From: Nageia nagi | Taxonomy: Eukaryota; Plantae; Pinophyta | DNA: 64,000 bases | Direction of reading: 5' to 3' | Assembly: GCA_050084985.1 (NCBI GenBank) | Contig: JBITNC010000001.1 | Location: forward strand, 26,908,001-26,972,000 | In this document: piece after piece, positions 1-13,500 of the stretch | Position numbering within the stretch: position 1 is the first letter of the stretch | Layout of the letters: every line of letters starts with the position of its first letter | Position numbers and translations under genes: made by a program | Notes under the pieces: model-generated | Database searches by the model: none | Told to the model about the DNA's origin: nothing | The model's input: only the letters and a program-made list of their open reading frames with translations

Positions 1-1524
1 CCATTAAAATTAGTTTGTGATTTGTAAAGGGATTCTAATGAATTACCTCTTCCTTATAGACAGAGTTGACTAATATCTTTGTACGTGACATGAAGTGTGC
101 CACAGTTTTAAACATTTTTGTTTTTTCTTAAGAACTCTTGTAAACTAAGTGATGCTACTAGACAAGTGAAAACAGGAAAATCTAAATGTTTGGACAGATG
201 CACGACATGTAGAATTATTGTTCAGAAAATATATGCATAGTTTCAAAGAGGAAAAAAAAGTGAGGGCAAGGTAAAATTGCTACTATAAAAAATGTCACAC
301 TAGTTTTATGACTCGGCAAAAAGTGGAATTTTAATCAGCATATCACAAGTCCTTCAGTGTCTTGTTTCCTGGCTGAAAATTGATTGAAAATATCTTTCTT
401 TCAGTTTTTTGGTCTGTGGCAAATAATTGACTCTAAGCAACACTGGCATGCTAAGTGCTAGAGGCCTGCAGTCACCATCAACAGCCAACACAATATGTAC
501 TGATGCTCATGAGTTGAGTGGGCCTGGCTGGACTATCGTGGGAGAGTATGCAGAGCAGTCTCTAAAAAATCTCCTAACTGCCAAGGCTGGTGAAACTGTA
601 GAAGAAGGTCAGAAGCTGGAGATGCAAGTCTGATGGGACTGCCTGATCTATGGACAGGGGTAAGATGGCCCATGATGTCATGTTAAAATCATAACCAATC
701 ATTATAAAAGAAAATTGAGTGCCTCAATGCAAAACAAAATTCGGTAACTGTGATAAACAACAAAGTTCAAACTGATTAAGTTTCATTTGATTCTGAAATG
801 CTGAATCTTGTTCAATCTATTAATGACAAGACAATTCAAACTGAATAGAAAATATAAAATAGCATTAGTGAGAAGCCAATAACATATTCATAAACACATC
901 TTGTGCTCCAGCTTCCTGACTCCTGGCCAGATGTTTAGTAAATTATTAACTAAGTTTTGATGTTAGTGTAGTTGTTCCTAAAATACGTTTTTGAAAACAT
1001 TATTCAACACATTCATTGCAGAAAATTCAGTTTGCAGGAAGATTATATCAACTCTATATGGTTTTCAGATTGTAATAAAGGCGGGGGTTCTTTAGCAGGA
1101 GAGGTTCTTTAGAGTTCTACCCTGGTCATTGTGCATGATAAGGTTCTTGAAAATTCTTGAATTACAAACCACAGGAATTTGAATTCATCTTCTTAGCATG
1201 TTTAAAACTTTAACTTTCTCAGAAATTTCTTCTTATGTTGCATAAATAGAAATTCTTTATCTAGTGATAAGAATGTCACAAATACATCTGTAATTGATAC
1301 TTTGGCCTTCTTGTGATACTAGACATGTCATAGTTTAGATTAGTTTTGTCAGCATATAAGAAAATTCGTCCTGTGAAAAGTAGAAATGATAGTGGCTGAG
1401 TATCATCTCATATTTTTAATGTGACTATCTAAATATGATTTGAAATTTGAACATTTTTCTCTATATGTTTGTCAGGCATCAATTTTATGGTCCTCATTGA
1501 GAATGATTGAAATTCTGCATGCAG

Positions 1525-2129
1525 GCAAACATGAAACTGTCCAAGAGTCGAACTCTAATCAGTCTGTCTCTTCATATAAAGAAGTTGAGAATAAACCTTT
1601 TGTGAATTCATCAGACCCACAATCATTATCCCAGGCTTCTCAAAATGGAAGCCTTGAATTTCATTTTGAGCACAGTGCCCAAAGTGGAGTTGTAGAAAAT
1701 CGTTCTAATCATTTGTCCACTGAAGTAATGAATGGAACCAAAACAAATGTCAGTACAGCTGAACGTATTGGTGATGACGAAGCATCCATGCACAGTGCCC
1801 TGAGTATGGAAGGGCTGACAAATGTGACAACCACAGAAAAGTCAGCAGGTTCTAAAAGGAGGCTTTTAACAGAATCTGAATCAGAAAATTTGGAGAAAAC
1901 TGACAGTGAAAATGCTGCAACTGTTGAAAATGACCAGGACCTGGAAGAAGATGCAGATTCCTCTTTTGATTTGTTTCGAGAAGGAGATGATGCCTTGGCT
2001 GATGAGTATTCATATGACTATGATGATTATGTTGATGAAGCAGCCTGGGGAGATGAACAATGGACTGAATCTGTACATGAAAAAGAAGAAGATTTTGTCA
2101 ATATTGATTCACATATCCTTTCTACTCCA
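1525..2129 (+). CDS. DEX1: DEX1 internal exon (acidic/variable insert, ends ...[12 protein letters not shown])
   Basis: Frame of ORF 1440-2159 contains the DEX1-typical [25 protein letters not shown]...[18 protein letters not shown]. Donor CCA|gtaagt at 2129/2130. Acceptor taken as tgcag|1525; an alternative tcag at 1475 makes the 5' boundary less certain. Confidence 0.85.
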
Positions 2130-2279
2130 GTAAGTGTTATCAAAGATTTTCTACCATGAACCTTGATAACGTATTAAGGATATGTCTCAAAGCTCGATTT
2201 ACAGATAATTGCAAGTGGTAATACTGCAGTATTGGTTATGCTATGGATCAGTTTTATAATCCTGAGACTAATGTTTCAG

Positions 2280-2350
2280 GTGATAGCAGATATTGACAAT
2301 GATGGCGTAAATGAGATGATTGTTGCAGTGTCTTATTTTTTTGATCGCGA
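2280..2350 (+). CDS. DEX1: DEX1 exon (VIADIDNDGVNEMIVAVSYFFDRE)
   Basis: Acceptor tttcag|GTG, donor GA|gtaagc. Phase 0 in, phase 2 out. FG-GAP-like DxDxDG motif. Confidence 0.93.
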
Positions 2351-2596
2351 GTAAGCTCTCTTCTCCTTTTGTGGAATGTGATGACTGTTGTGTGTTTACT
2401 TTTACTTTCTAATAAGCTTCATATAGAATGTGACAACCTTGAAAGCAATTGTTAACTTAAACAGATATTTGCTTTTTTCTAATAAATTCATTGTAACTAG
2501 GCAAAAATGGATTTAGTTAGTTATAGATTGAACATGAATCAAGCTGAAATGTTCTGTTTTCAGCAAAATGGGATCTGTAATATGATTTCTAGTTCT

Positions 2597-2858
2597 TTAT
2601 ACATATGTAAAACATTTCAGCTATTTTTTGTAAGTTCCGTCAAGATTTAAATTGTGGATTGTGCCTTTGTCTTCTTTTCTGGTATACTAAGACATCATGC
2701 GCTATTTGACAGATTCTATGACAACCTCACTATATAATAACGTTTCCATTATTTTTTGTATTGGTTTTACTGTCAAAATTTTAATTGTGGATTTTGCGTG
2801 TCTCCCTTTTTGGTATACTAAGACATCATGTGCTATTTGACAGATACTATGACAACCC
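2597..2858 (+). repeat. Tandem duplication (~131-bp period) including a DEX1 splice acceptor and the first ~14 exon bases
   Basis: ggtatactaagacatcatg-gctatttgacag|at(t/a)ctatgacaacc occurs twice, with AG at 2711-2712 and 2842-2843. Confidence 0.85.
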
Positions 2859-3103
2859 GGAACATTCAAGAGAGTTGGGTGGTAATATAGATATTGGTAA
2901 ATATGTTGCAGGTGCAATTGTTGTCTTTAATCTTGATACGAAACAAGTAAAGTGGACTACCCAATTAGATCTTAGCACGGACTCTGGAAAATTTCGTGCC
3001 CATATCTATGCTCCTCCTACAGTGGTTGATCTGGATGGTGATAGTTATTTGGACATTCTCATTGGAACTTCATTTGGCTTCTTTTACGTTCTAGATCATC
3101 ATG
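2844..3103 (+). CDS. DEX1: DEX1 exon (YYDNPEH...[27 protein letters not shown])
   Basis: Acceptor gacag|A completes GA+A (Glu). Donor G|gtaata. Frame matches ORF 2785-3165. Confidence 0.95.
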
Positions 3104-4370
3104 GTAATATGTCCAACGGTTTTTTGTTAAATTTCATTCTCACCTTGAAAGTTCTTATTATTTGAATTGACAGCAAAACTGCATAAACATTAAGAATCAG
3201 GAACTGGATTAAAATATAATAGTGAAAGTTAAGATTGAGAAGAAGTTTACTTTTACTTGGTCAGTTCAAATTACAAATATCAACTTGAACCACCTCCAGT
3301 ACTATGTATTATATTAGTTTGAGATCCTAGTAGAGCTCATAATGAATATGTAGAACGTTACACTGTTAATAGCTTTGGCTTTACAGGCTGACGTATAACT
3401 TCAGAATATTTGCTAGAAACTGTATGCAAGCTGACCAACCCGAATTTACATGGGATGGTGGTGAAATTGGATGTAAAATTTCAATTGGTGCTGAGGGAAC
3501 AAGTTGGTAGAGATATAATACATCATTGTAAAATAGTAAAGTCAATATTAGATGAGTGGTAAAAACCACTCAATTAGTTAGGGATTGTGTTAGTTGTTTA
3601 TATCTATCCATTGGCATTTTGAATTTTTTTCATGGTATCAGGGATAGATATGCATTGAAAGGCTGGTGAGGTTATCCTCTCAGTTGAATATGTAGAAAAG
3701 AATAGGGAATGTGCTTCTACAATGCAATATTCCGTGTTAACAATAGTAGAATTGTACAGTCCATTTCTGTTCTCTTAGGCCTTAGAATATATCAAGTATA
3801 TATTCATTGGAAAGAGAACTTGAAGAGCTTTCAAACAACTGACATATTAAGTATTTGGATCAGTATTAAGAGCTATGGCTGTTTGAAGTTGACTTTGCAA
3901 TATAGATTTTTCACAATTTTGGTACACGGGAATGGACAAACTTTATATCCCACATATAAAATTAATTATTTATGAGTCAAGTTTTGTTTTTTTAAATCAT
4001 TATTCAATTTTTTTTTTTTTTTTTAAATTTTAGTTGAGCATTCAAAACTAATTTTATTAATAAAAGAAAATTTTTATGTTTATATGCAAGTGTTGATTGG
4101 AGTGCATAATTTATGGTATTCAAAGTTCATGCTCTGTAGTACTTGACACTCCTAAAATTTGTACTGTGAGAAGTTCACATTAAGGGGGGGGAGGATATAT
4201 TCTTTCCTCAAACTCAATGTGCACTTGATCAAGAAGATGTTTCAGCATGTCACACATGATTGAAGAAAATGAAGGATTGATATGGACCCAATAAAGTGAA
4301 CTTCGTAAGTAGTGATCTGCTCTATTACACTTGGTGGTTGCAACGATTTGTCATCCATAATCATAATTAT

Positions 4371-4651
4371 TGTGAATAGATGTGTATGCCCCTGTTCACA
4401 TGTTGGATAAATATGTTTGCCCCTATCCAATTATGTTGTATGATCATTGATGGAAGTGTTTATCCTTGCCCTTGGTTCTATGGATAATGTGTATGTCACT
4501 ATCCAATTATTTGCGATTGATTGTGTGTCTCCAATCACAAGTGTGTGAATAGTAGTGTTTGTCCCTATTCACAAATTCGACATTTGGATAACCTGTCTCC
4601 CTATCAAATTACGTAGAGAATCATGGATGGCTGAGTATGTCCCTAGCCATG
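4371..4651. repeat. Array of short hairpins with a conserved loop and variable complementary stems
   Basis: Examples: tgtgaatag-(tagtgtttgtcc)-ctattcaca; ttggata-(aatatgtttgcccc)-tatccaa; atggct-(gagtatgtccct)-agccat. Confidence 0.6.
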
Positions 4652-6632
4652 GTTAAATGTCTAGTAAGGTAATCCTATTGAAGAAGTGTAATGAGACAAA
4701 TTCTAATATTGCTTATCACGAATATATGTGTAAGACTCTATTCATACTTGGTATGTGTTGGTATCTTTTTCTTTCCTACCCTAGCATGTGACTATGAGAG
4801 ATGGGATCAAAGAACACACAACACCTTAGGTGAGGAGGCGTTACTCTCCCCCAGTTGAAGGGACTGGTACCCCAAGATTTTCTTGTCTTCAAATGAATAG
4901 GCTACACGCAGTAGACCTTGAAATGCTTGGACTAAGGTATGAGATAACTTGGAATAGGTCTCACCAAATGGTAGACTCAAAATAAAATTTGTTTTTGAAA
5001 GGACTCGGAGTTATCTTTGCACTTTGTTAAGAGGTGTTCCTTGACATTTAAAAAAAAGTGTAAAACAAAGAAAGAAAAAAAAGGAAAGTGAAAAGGAAAC
5101 AAAGTGAAAGGGATGATAGGGAACTTGCATTAAGCTCAACTATACTCTCTCCACCAACTTCACAAGGTTTGGATGCCTTTCTCTCTAGGTTTGTTATGAT
5201 TTCAACATTCACTTATCCACTCCTACAACAAACAACATGAATGCCATGTAGAAGGGAGCGCAAGGCGATATGCAATTGGAAGTGTGATTTAAAATGAGAT
5301 AGATCAAGACACTGTGAATATTCTCCTCAAGTTAAACTACATAGAGAGAACGATCCAAAATACATAAGTTTACATGCATATTATGAGTAATTTCTAATCA
5401 AGCAATAATATCAACATTGATATGTAATTTTATGAAGCTTATAGCTTACAAGAAAACATCACATACAAATTTTTGATTTTATTGCTTTCATTTTCTCAAT
5501 GCCCTCTATGTTCTTAATATGCACAAATCTGAAACATAATGCACATCCACATAAAGAACACAAGTATTTTTAGAAGTTCCTCTCATTGTTCTGAAAGTAC
5601 ATCCCCTTTTAATAGTTTTCTCATGATTTTATTATTGATACAAGGATGAAGCTTACATCCACAATTAGTCTGAATGCTGCCTCAATGTTTTGGATTTTCA
5701 CACTTTCAGTTCCCATGATCCTTTGGCTCTTCTAAGCTCAACCAAAATCAGGTTCATACTTATTTCTTACATTGCTACAACAACGCTAGCACTCAACCTA
5801 GCATTGGTACTGGTGTTTGCAACAATATATTCTTTTCTGGTTCTATCATCCCATGATCTAGAACTGTCCCTTCCATCATATTTGTGAAAGACTTTGATAG
5901 ATCCTTTCAGATCACTCTCTTTGACAACATATCTCTTTTTTTTTTACATTTCTTATTCATGTACTAGACTCACACACTATACCTTTCACAAATACAATAT
6001 TCTCTTAACAATGCAACTACCATTATTACATCATTGATCTTCCTAATACATAAGAAATAAAATAGCACAAAATGACTATGATATTGTTCATCCTATACTA
6101 TGGCTATACAACTTGATTAGGATGGCTATGAAATTGTCCATCATCTAATCAATATTACAACATGATGATGGAGAAGGTTCTCCCTTCTTATGAAGTTATC
6201 TATCTTCAACAATATTCAAGCCTCTATCAACAACCTCACACTCGACCAATAGTAGAACCAGTAATCCCACCACAAGAATCAGCTCACTAGGCTATTTCCA
6301 TCTCTTATGCTTCTTGTGTCCTCTTTTTGATTGTTGGATTGTTTTATAGACTCCCTAGGGGGTTTTTTCCAATGCGGGCGTTGACCTAAGCATTGGCACT
6401 GGCATGTCGGGTGTATAAGCATGTGAAAGGTCAGGTACCGGGTTAGGTGTCACACGAACTGTCGGGTGAACGATCGAGTCAAATTCAAAATCCCACATCG
6501 TAACTCTAGCAGCTTGGTTCAGTTGCCTGGACTACTTAATACCCTATAGTTCTATCACCCAACCATTAAACCTGAGTTGAACAGTCATATTTTTTTTCCC
6601 AAGTACATCATAAGCTTCCACATATGTATCTC

Positions 6633-6922
6633 ATTCAAATACACATGAGGAGATCTCTTAAGCATACGCAATAATGAAGCTTGGGTTTTGATGGCAAATA
6701 AAGCAAATATGGTGAGCATACAACGAGCACTAATATTATCATAATCAATAAACCCAAGTGCATATGCAATAGGATTCCACAACCTCTGAATGCTCTTGTG
6801 GGTGCGTACATGGGACATGAACCATTCAGAGAAACTTGTATTATTTAGTTTGCATATATCTTTCATAGCACCATTTGGCAATAACTTCCCAGACCATAGG
6901 ACTTGTAGTAGGGGTGATTGCA
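6633..6922 (-). pseudogene. ZDS: Captured zeta-carotene desaturase fragment
   Basis: [20 protein letters not shown]...[53 protein letters not shown] matches the conserved plant ZDS core as recalled (…[29 protein letters not shown]…[18 protein letters not shown]). Confidence 0.9.
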
Positions 6923-7121
6923 CTTGCCACAAGTGTTTCCACTTTTCCATCGATGAATGGACGTGATTCATAAATATCTATCCTTCCAAGCACATGTGTG
7001 TCTCTTCCTAGTGCCTCATGATCTCGAAAACATGATGATACATATTGCTTTTGACTTCACGGTTACCTGCAGGTAGACCGTGCATGGGGTATGTTGTTAG
7101 GTGGGTTCTCAAGCGCCGCAC

Positions 7122-7312
7122 AAAATCAAAGAGTTTAAGGACTTCTTCACTATAGCCATGGATCGCACATCCTTTGATGGACTATGCTTGTGGCCTGTAG
7201 CATGTGAAACAATTCCTAGGAGTCATGTATTCTTCCACATTTTGCTTGCATGTCTCTCAAGGCATCCACGACCACAACCAATATAGGGATCCACTGCCAA
7301 AGAGTCTCTGAT
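7122..7312 (-). pseudogene. Captured PLS-class PPR gene fragment
   Basis: Minus-strand translation VDALRDMQAKCGRIHDS*ELFHM, then GCAIHGYSEEVLKLFD. Resembles the PPR consensus ALIDMYAKCG..A..LF / GYA.HG..EEAL.LF. Confidence 0.7.
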
Positions 7313-10300
7313 GTAGGCACAAACCTTGTCGCAAGTCTCCCATAGCTCATCACCAATAATCTCCACAAGAGCATTCTCCAGTGCGCCTACCTGCCTTTAG
7401 TAACTTGGAATTATCATTTTGTATGAAAAGGTGATGAACGCATGATTTGAGGACACATTTTGTGTTTATTTATAAACATGTGCTAAGGAATGGGATATTA
7501 AGTTTAAGCGCATGATTTTTGGTATTCATACTTTTGTTTGTATGCAAAGATGCGTCCATGAATGATACTAAAATTGAGCGCAAACTATTTGGGAACATGC
7601 ACTTTATCTTTCCTTCTTTTAGAAAAAAATCAACATTAAGATTGTTTTTAATTTATTTCTTTTGCCTTTTCAAATGTGGTAACCAAAAATGGCTTATTAA
7701 AATATTTAATTTGCTTTTCACCTCTTTTAATGTCGGAGCCTCATCTTTTATTTCCCGTATGCACTTTATTTTTATTTTTATTATTATTATTATTCCCTTA
7801 TGTCTCCCTAGTGGCCATCTTCCTTTATTTTTAATTCTTAAAACATTAAGGTATAGAATCGAATCTTAAAACATAGCGTTTAAAAATTAAAATTCAAAGG
7901 CAAATTACTTGTCTCCTTTTGGATAAAATATCAACCCCCAATTAAATTCTTCCCCAAGCAGCCAAGAAAATATTATTATCCATCAACCAAGTTGGCGACC
8001 CTTTAATTGACTTACAGAAATAGTAAGTATATTCCAATGTGTTCAAAATGGCTCTCGAAAGTGGTAGTCGAGATCTGGTGATGACCCGAACCACTTTCAT
8101 AATTTTACCTTGTCTCCCTAACCATTAAACACCTTAATTATTTCAATGAGGTTTGGTGTGTAGAAAAATGATATTCTTGTCCTTTTGAATCATCTTTTCT
8201 TAAACACTTAGTCATTTTCATGGGGTCGCACCTACCTACAAACAAGGGATTTGACTTTGCTGGCATGTGACCTGGAGGCTTGGCGCAAACCTTCTAGAGG
8301 TGTAAATCCTTGTCCCGTTCAAAATTTGTGCCAAAGAGGGGCAATTGGAATTGGCACACATCTTTGCGAGGTCAAAAACCTTATCTTACTCAAAATTTGC
8401 GCAAGGAAGGAGGGTGCATGTCAAGCACAAGTCTTTAGGAGGTCATCATTTTTGTCTTGGTTAAGATTTGCGCCTGGGAGAGACATGCTGCTAACTTGTT
8501 ATTTTCCTATTTTTGAAGAACTTGTTCCCACAAGGAAGAATATGCAAGGTTTGCGTAGATTGGGGGAGAGTCACCATTTCTGTCTGTCAAAATCTGTGCT
8601 TGGGAGGAGACTGGCTTGGCGCAAGATCCAAAGGGGTTTGGAACCATGTTTGCTAGGAGATTTACGCCTAGTGTTGTCTTGCTTGGTCCTTAACTATTTT
8701 TGCTTCCTGCTCACCTGTGTTTGCGATTTGAGGTCTTTGGGAGTCTGATGCAAATTTTGGAGGGGACATGAATGTTATCTCCTTGAAAACATATGTCTGG
8801 ATGGGACTGGATCAATTTTCTGGTCTACATTTTCCAAAGAGTCACTTTGGCTATCTTTCACCCATTTGGAGCTCCAGTATCTCTTGATCATGCAACATTG
8901 TTCCCATGGTCATCGCACTCAGCATGTTCTTTTGCCAAAATTTGTGGTCTTCAAATTGCTGGAATTAAGGAGCGTGTTATGGAGGTCACAACAGTATGTT
9001 AATGAACTAATGAGTAGGTTCATCAAGTAGTCATCCTATTGGAGAATGATGTAATGACGTGGTGTTCGAGATAAATTACATCATTGTGAAATAATAAAGT
9101 CAAAATTAGATGAGTGGTAAACACTACTCAAGCAGTTAGGGATTGTGTGAGTTGTTTGTATCTATCCATTGACATCTTGTGAGGTGTTAGGATAGTGTTG
9201 GTATGTTTTTCTTTCCTCTCCCAAAACATGCACAAGATTTTGAGGAAACAACGTTACTTTTTTCCGCTTGAAATGACCGATTACCCCAAGCGCTCACATG
9301 GAATATGGTCTTGATGGCTCAACAGTCATAGATGCATGTTGTTAACCGTATACAAGGGAAATGCATGCCGAAGATCCTTTCCTTAAATGAGGAAAGATTG
9401 CAAATGTGAACGAAAGCGAAGAAAGATCACAAATGCAAAGACAAACACAAGGATAAATGCAAGGGAATGCAAGGAAAGGCAAAGGCCTATGAGGATGTCA
9501 CCAGGGATACAGTGTCTCGGCAAGTCATCTTCAGATTCATTATGGTCGATACACTCACTATCAAGTTGGGCAGCAAATAGCAAATATGCTCAAATCACTA
9601 CTAGACGAGAGCAAGAAGCTGTAGGGTCTTTATGAAAGACTCAATGGAAAGGGTAAAGATGGAGTGAGGGCGTAAGTGTAGTAACCTAACTGAATGACAT
9701 AAAGACAAGCTGTAGGCCTTAAAATATATACACTTGCGTGCAAATTATGCAAAGAAGGATCAATCTCTTTCAAAAAATAATCAATATGCAGTTCATAGAA
9801 AGAACCATTCAGATATGCATAATCCCACAAATGATGTTCCTCAAAGTATAACTTTATGATTTTCTTCCTCTAAACAAACACATTCATAATGATTTTCAAT
9901 AGCAGAACATGCATAGAACCCCTTATGCAGCAATCTTCTATGCAATGGAATGTGGATCTTATGACATGCAAAGGCTCAAAATGATTGTACAAATAAACTC
10001 AATAGCCTCAATCTCAAAATGCAAGAACTCCAATATATGATGCTTTTATTATGTGCAAAAGTCCAATGCAAAAATAGTACAAAGATCATATGCATAAACT
10101 CTTCATGTCAAAATTCCTCATGCAAAAATCCCGTATGTCAAAATCCCTTTCTAAATAGCCCGAGTGGGGTATAAATAGACCACTAGAAGTGATGCCCAAA
10201 AGGTATCAAATCTGATATGGTGTGCACACCCGCAACACACATACCGATACGAAATTAGATATCCACACAAAACTATGCAAGTGGCATCTAAAACTGATAA

Positions 10301-10597
10301 AATATAAATGCCACCGCCATAATGCATCTATTTTACCTCTAATCTATGCAATAGAAAATTAGATATGGAATGAATAGTCTAAAAAGGTCTGAAATCTAAA
10401 CATGCGGGAGCAAAACCTCATCCTTGCACCGGTCATATTTATAAATGAATTTGACACATTTGATCTGGCGGGAGCAAAACCTCATCCTTACACTAGTCAA
10501 ATCAAAATAAAGTAAAGTTTGACATAACCAACATAACCATATGCATTGAACACAAAAAAAAAAAATACTGTAGATGAAGTCTACAGGTGAATTAGAT

Positions 10598-13500
10598 CTA
10601 GGCCAGATCTGATTTGGTACGGATGGAGTTCCACTCCTCGTTGGTGAGACCATAGGACTCAATAATCTACCCCAAGAATGCCAAGGCCTTCTGCACACCC
10701 TTGTAGATTATGCCAATAGTGTTGCCATTCTGTCGAAAGTATCCCTTAATCTTCTTGATTGTAGCTTGCATCTGGTATCCTCAGATGACCATTCGCCTCT
10801 TGTGAATAATAGGATGCCCTACCTTTAGTAAGTTGAGATCATCAATCTCAAGATGCTCATGGATTAAATTTTGAGCCTCTGCCAACACCACCTCCTTCCT
10901 AACATTATTATCTTCCCCCTGGAACTTGAGTTGATAAAGATATTCACTCATTTGTTCCTCAACCTCCTTTCGCAAGGGGATTTTGATCTTTAGGACCACA
11001 TTGCACTTCTCAAGTGCGTGGTTCAACCAATCATGAAAATAGGTGAATTCATAACAGTAGAGCAACTTCTCAGGGTTATAGGCATGAATGTGCTGCAGAT
11101 GGGAGACGTTGGGAAGATAACCATTCTGTTAGACACCTAATCCTTAGGGATTATGATATAGTTAGTATAGTATTAGATACATACTATATTTAGTAAATTC
11201 GTAGCTTTGAATGTACTAGAATTTAGAGAGTCATTTCTTGTAGAATATGAGGAGCTACAATGTATCTTGAGCAGATTTGATTAAGGCATTGTATCCCACC
11301 TATTCAAACTATCTTGAATCTTTGCAAGCTAATGGTAACCTAAAGTCTCTCACATTTGACACTTTGTCTGATAAAATTGCAGAATGTGAGAAGGCTTTTG
11401 GCAAGAAATCTAGTGATTCTACTTCAGGCACATTGTGTATTGCTCAAAAGGGAAAGAATGTTATTCATTATTCTTCTCGAGGTGAAAGCAACAACCGTGG
11501 TCGTGGTAGGAGGAATTATAGAGGCAAGGGGGTAGATTTGATCAAGGTGATCGTGATGAGGGAACAATCTCCATTGCAAAAGATGCAATAGACGAGGCCA
11601 TGAAGCTAATACTTGTCGCACTCCATGGGACAAGATCAAAGAAAGGAATGAAAAACGGGAGCAAGACAAGCGTAAGAACTCTGATTCCGCTCATTATGTT
11701 ACTGCATATTGTAACAATACCATTGAAAATTTGTGTAATACTTCATTTGCATCTTGGGAGGATGCATGGTTATTGGTGCTACATGTCACATGACCTTTCG
11801 AAGAGAATTCTTTGAAGAAATGAATACCAACATTGATGTTGCGGTATATTTTGCTGACAAATCCTGCATCAAACCTTTGGGTATTGGTATTGTGAGACTT
11901 AAATTGCCAGGCCTTCCAGATATGGTTTTTCGAAATGTGCTCTACCTTCACTTGCTATCTCTTGTGCTCATTCGACAACAAGGACACTCTATTCATATAT
12001 TCGATGGCATTGTGGAGATAAGGAGGTCTTCTGACAACAAAGTGGTGATGATTGGCGGGGAGGATGAGAAGCTGTTGAAGATGCATGGAAGTTCTGCCAA
12101 ATCACAAAATTATGCCTACCTCACCAATCAAGAAAAAGGTACTCTCTCATCTAGTCTTTTGTGGCATGCAAGATTTGGCCATCTCAATTTTGATGATCTT
12201 TGTTTATTAAAAAAGAGAGGTTTTTTGGGATTGCCTACTATTCCTAGGAACATAGAACCTTGTGAAGCATGTGTCCTAGCAAAGCACAACAAACAACCTT
12301 TTCATGATTCAAATTTTAGAGCATATAGAAAACTAGAACTCATACACTCCGATTTGTGTGGTCCATTGCCTATCCCTTCTGTTGCTGGAAACAAATATAT
12401 CATGACCCTCATAGATGATTACTCTAGGATGTGTTGGGTGTATTTGTTAAAGAACAAATTTGAATGTTTTGCAAAGTTTAAAGGATTTCATGTGATGATT
12501 GAGAAAGAAGGAAATGCTCATATTGGAACACTTCGTTCTGATAATGGGGGTGAATACACTTCAATTGAATTCAAGAATTATCTTAGTGAACATGGAATCA
12601 AGCATCAAACAATTGTTCCCTACAATCCGCAACAGAATGGTGTAGTTGAAAGAATGATTAGAACTTTGTTGAATATGACATAGGCAATGTTGTTTTTCAA
12701 GAATGTGAAGATGATGTTTTGGGGTGATGCAGTTGCTTGTGCAATGTATGTTAGAAATAGATGTCCATCTCAGGCTCTTGATGATAAGACTCCATATGAA
12801 ATGTGGTTTGGCAATGTTCCTTCAGTTCGACATCTCAGGGTTTTTGGTTCCACCTACTATGCCCTAGTCCCTAAGGAACAAAGAAACAAACTTGGTGCCA
12901 AGAGTCAAAAATGTATCTTCTTGGGATACTCAAATACTACCAAGGGTTATAAGCTTTATGACGAGGTAAACAAAAAGTTCCTCTTTGCAAGGGACGTCAT
13001 TTTTCTAGAATGTTCCAAGAGTGACCCGACTGTTGAGTGGCAGCTTGATCACCTTGATAGGTTTACTCGTGGAAAGCATTTCTCTGAACATGATTACGAG
13101 ATTCCAAATGTTGAGGGGGGGATCCCTATTTTGGATCAATCATTGGAATCTACACCACTTGTGCCTGTTCCAGAAGTGCCTGATCCAGCAGTTGCACCTG
13201 TTCCAGTAGTACAAGCACCTCCTCCATCACAGGAAAATCCTTCCTCTTCGTAAGTCCCAGAAGCTCCTTTGGATCATGTGATTGAAGGGTTCGATAGGTT
13301 GAGTCTTGATGAGGATGAAGAACCTCCTCAGCTTGTTGACCAACTAGAAACATTGCAGAAGATTCCTAAGTGGCTTTCCAAAACACTTGAGAGTGTTCAT
13401 CCCCATGAAGTTGGAAAGACGGGAACTAGGAGTTCCTATAGAAACAAAATTGAAGATGGAGCAGTAGAGGATTCAGATTCAGGTGATGATATTGAGGATA

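Larger units (their letters stand above)
4756..8993. mobile_element. Unit F: 4.2-kb TG...CA solo-LTR-like element carrying captured gene fragments
   Basis: Starts TGTTGGTATCTTTTTCTTTCCTAC and ends ...GGAGGTCACAACA. Perfect 5-bp TSD GTATG (4751-4755 / 8994-8998). Termini shared with A, B, D, E. Confidence 0.85.

Noticed and set aside
427-633. 68-aa ORF with a nearby possible acceptor (404) and donor (660)
   Set aside because: TTG start, no resemblance to DEX1 or any family I recognise; treated as intronic.
3521-3620. ~100-bp segment repeated at ~9080-9180 and more weakly at ~19955-20030
   Set aside because: The similarity is real and probably belongs to an older repeat that F and A inserted into, but I could not define termini or a TSD, so no element was called.
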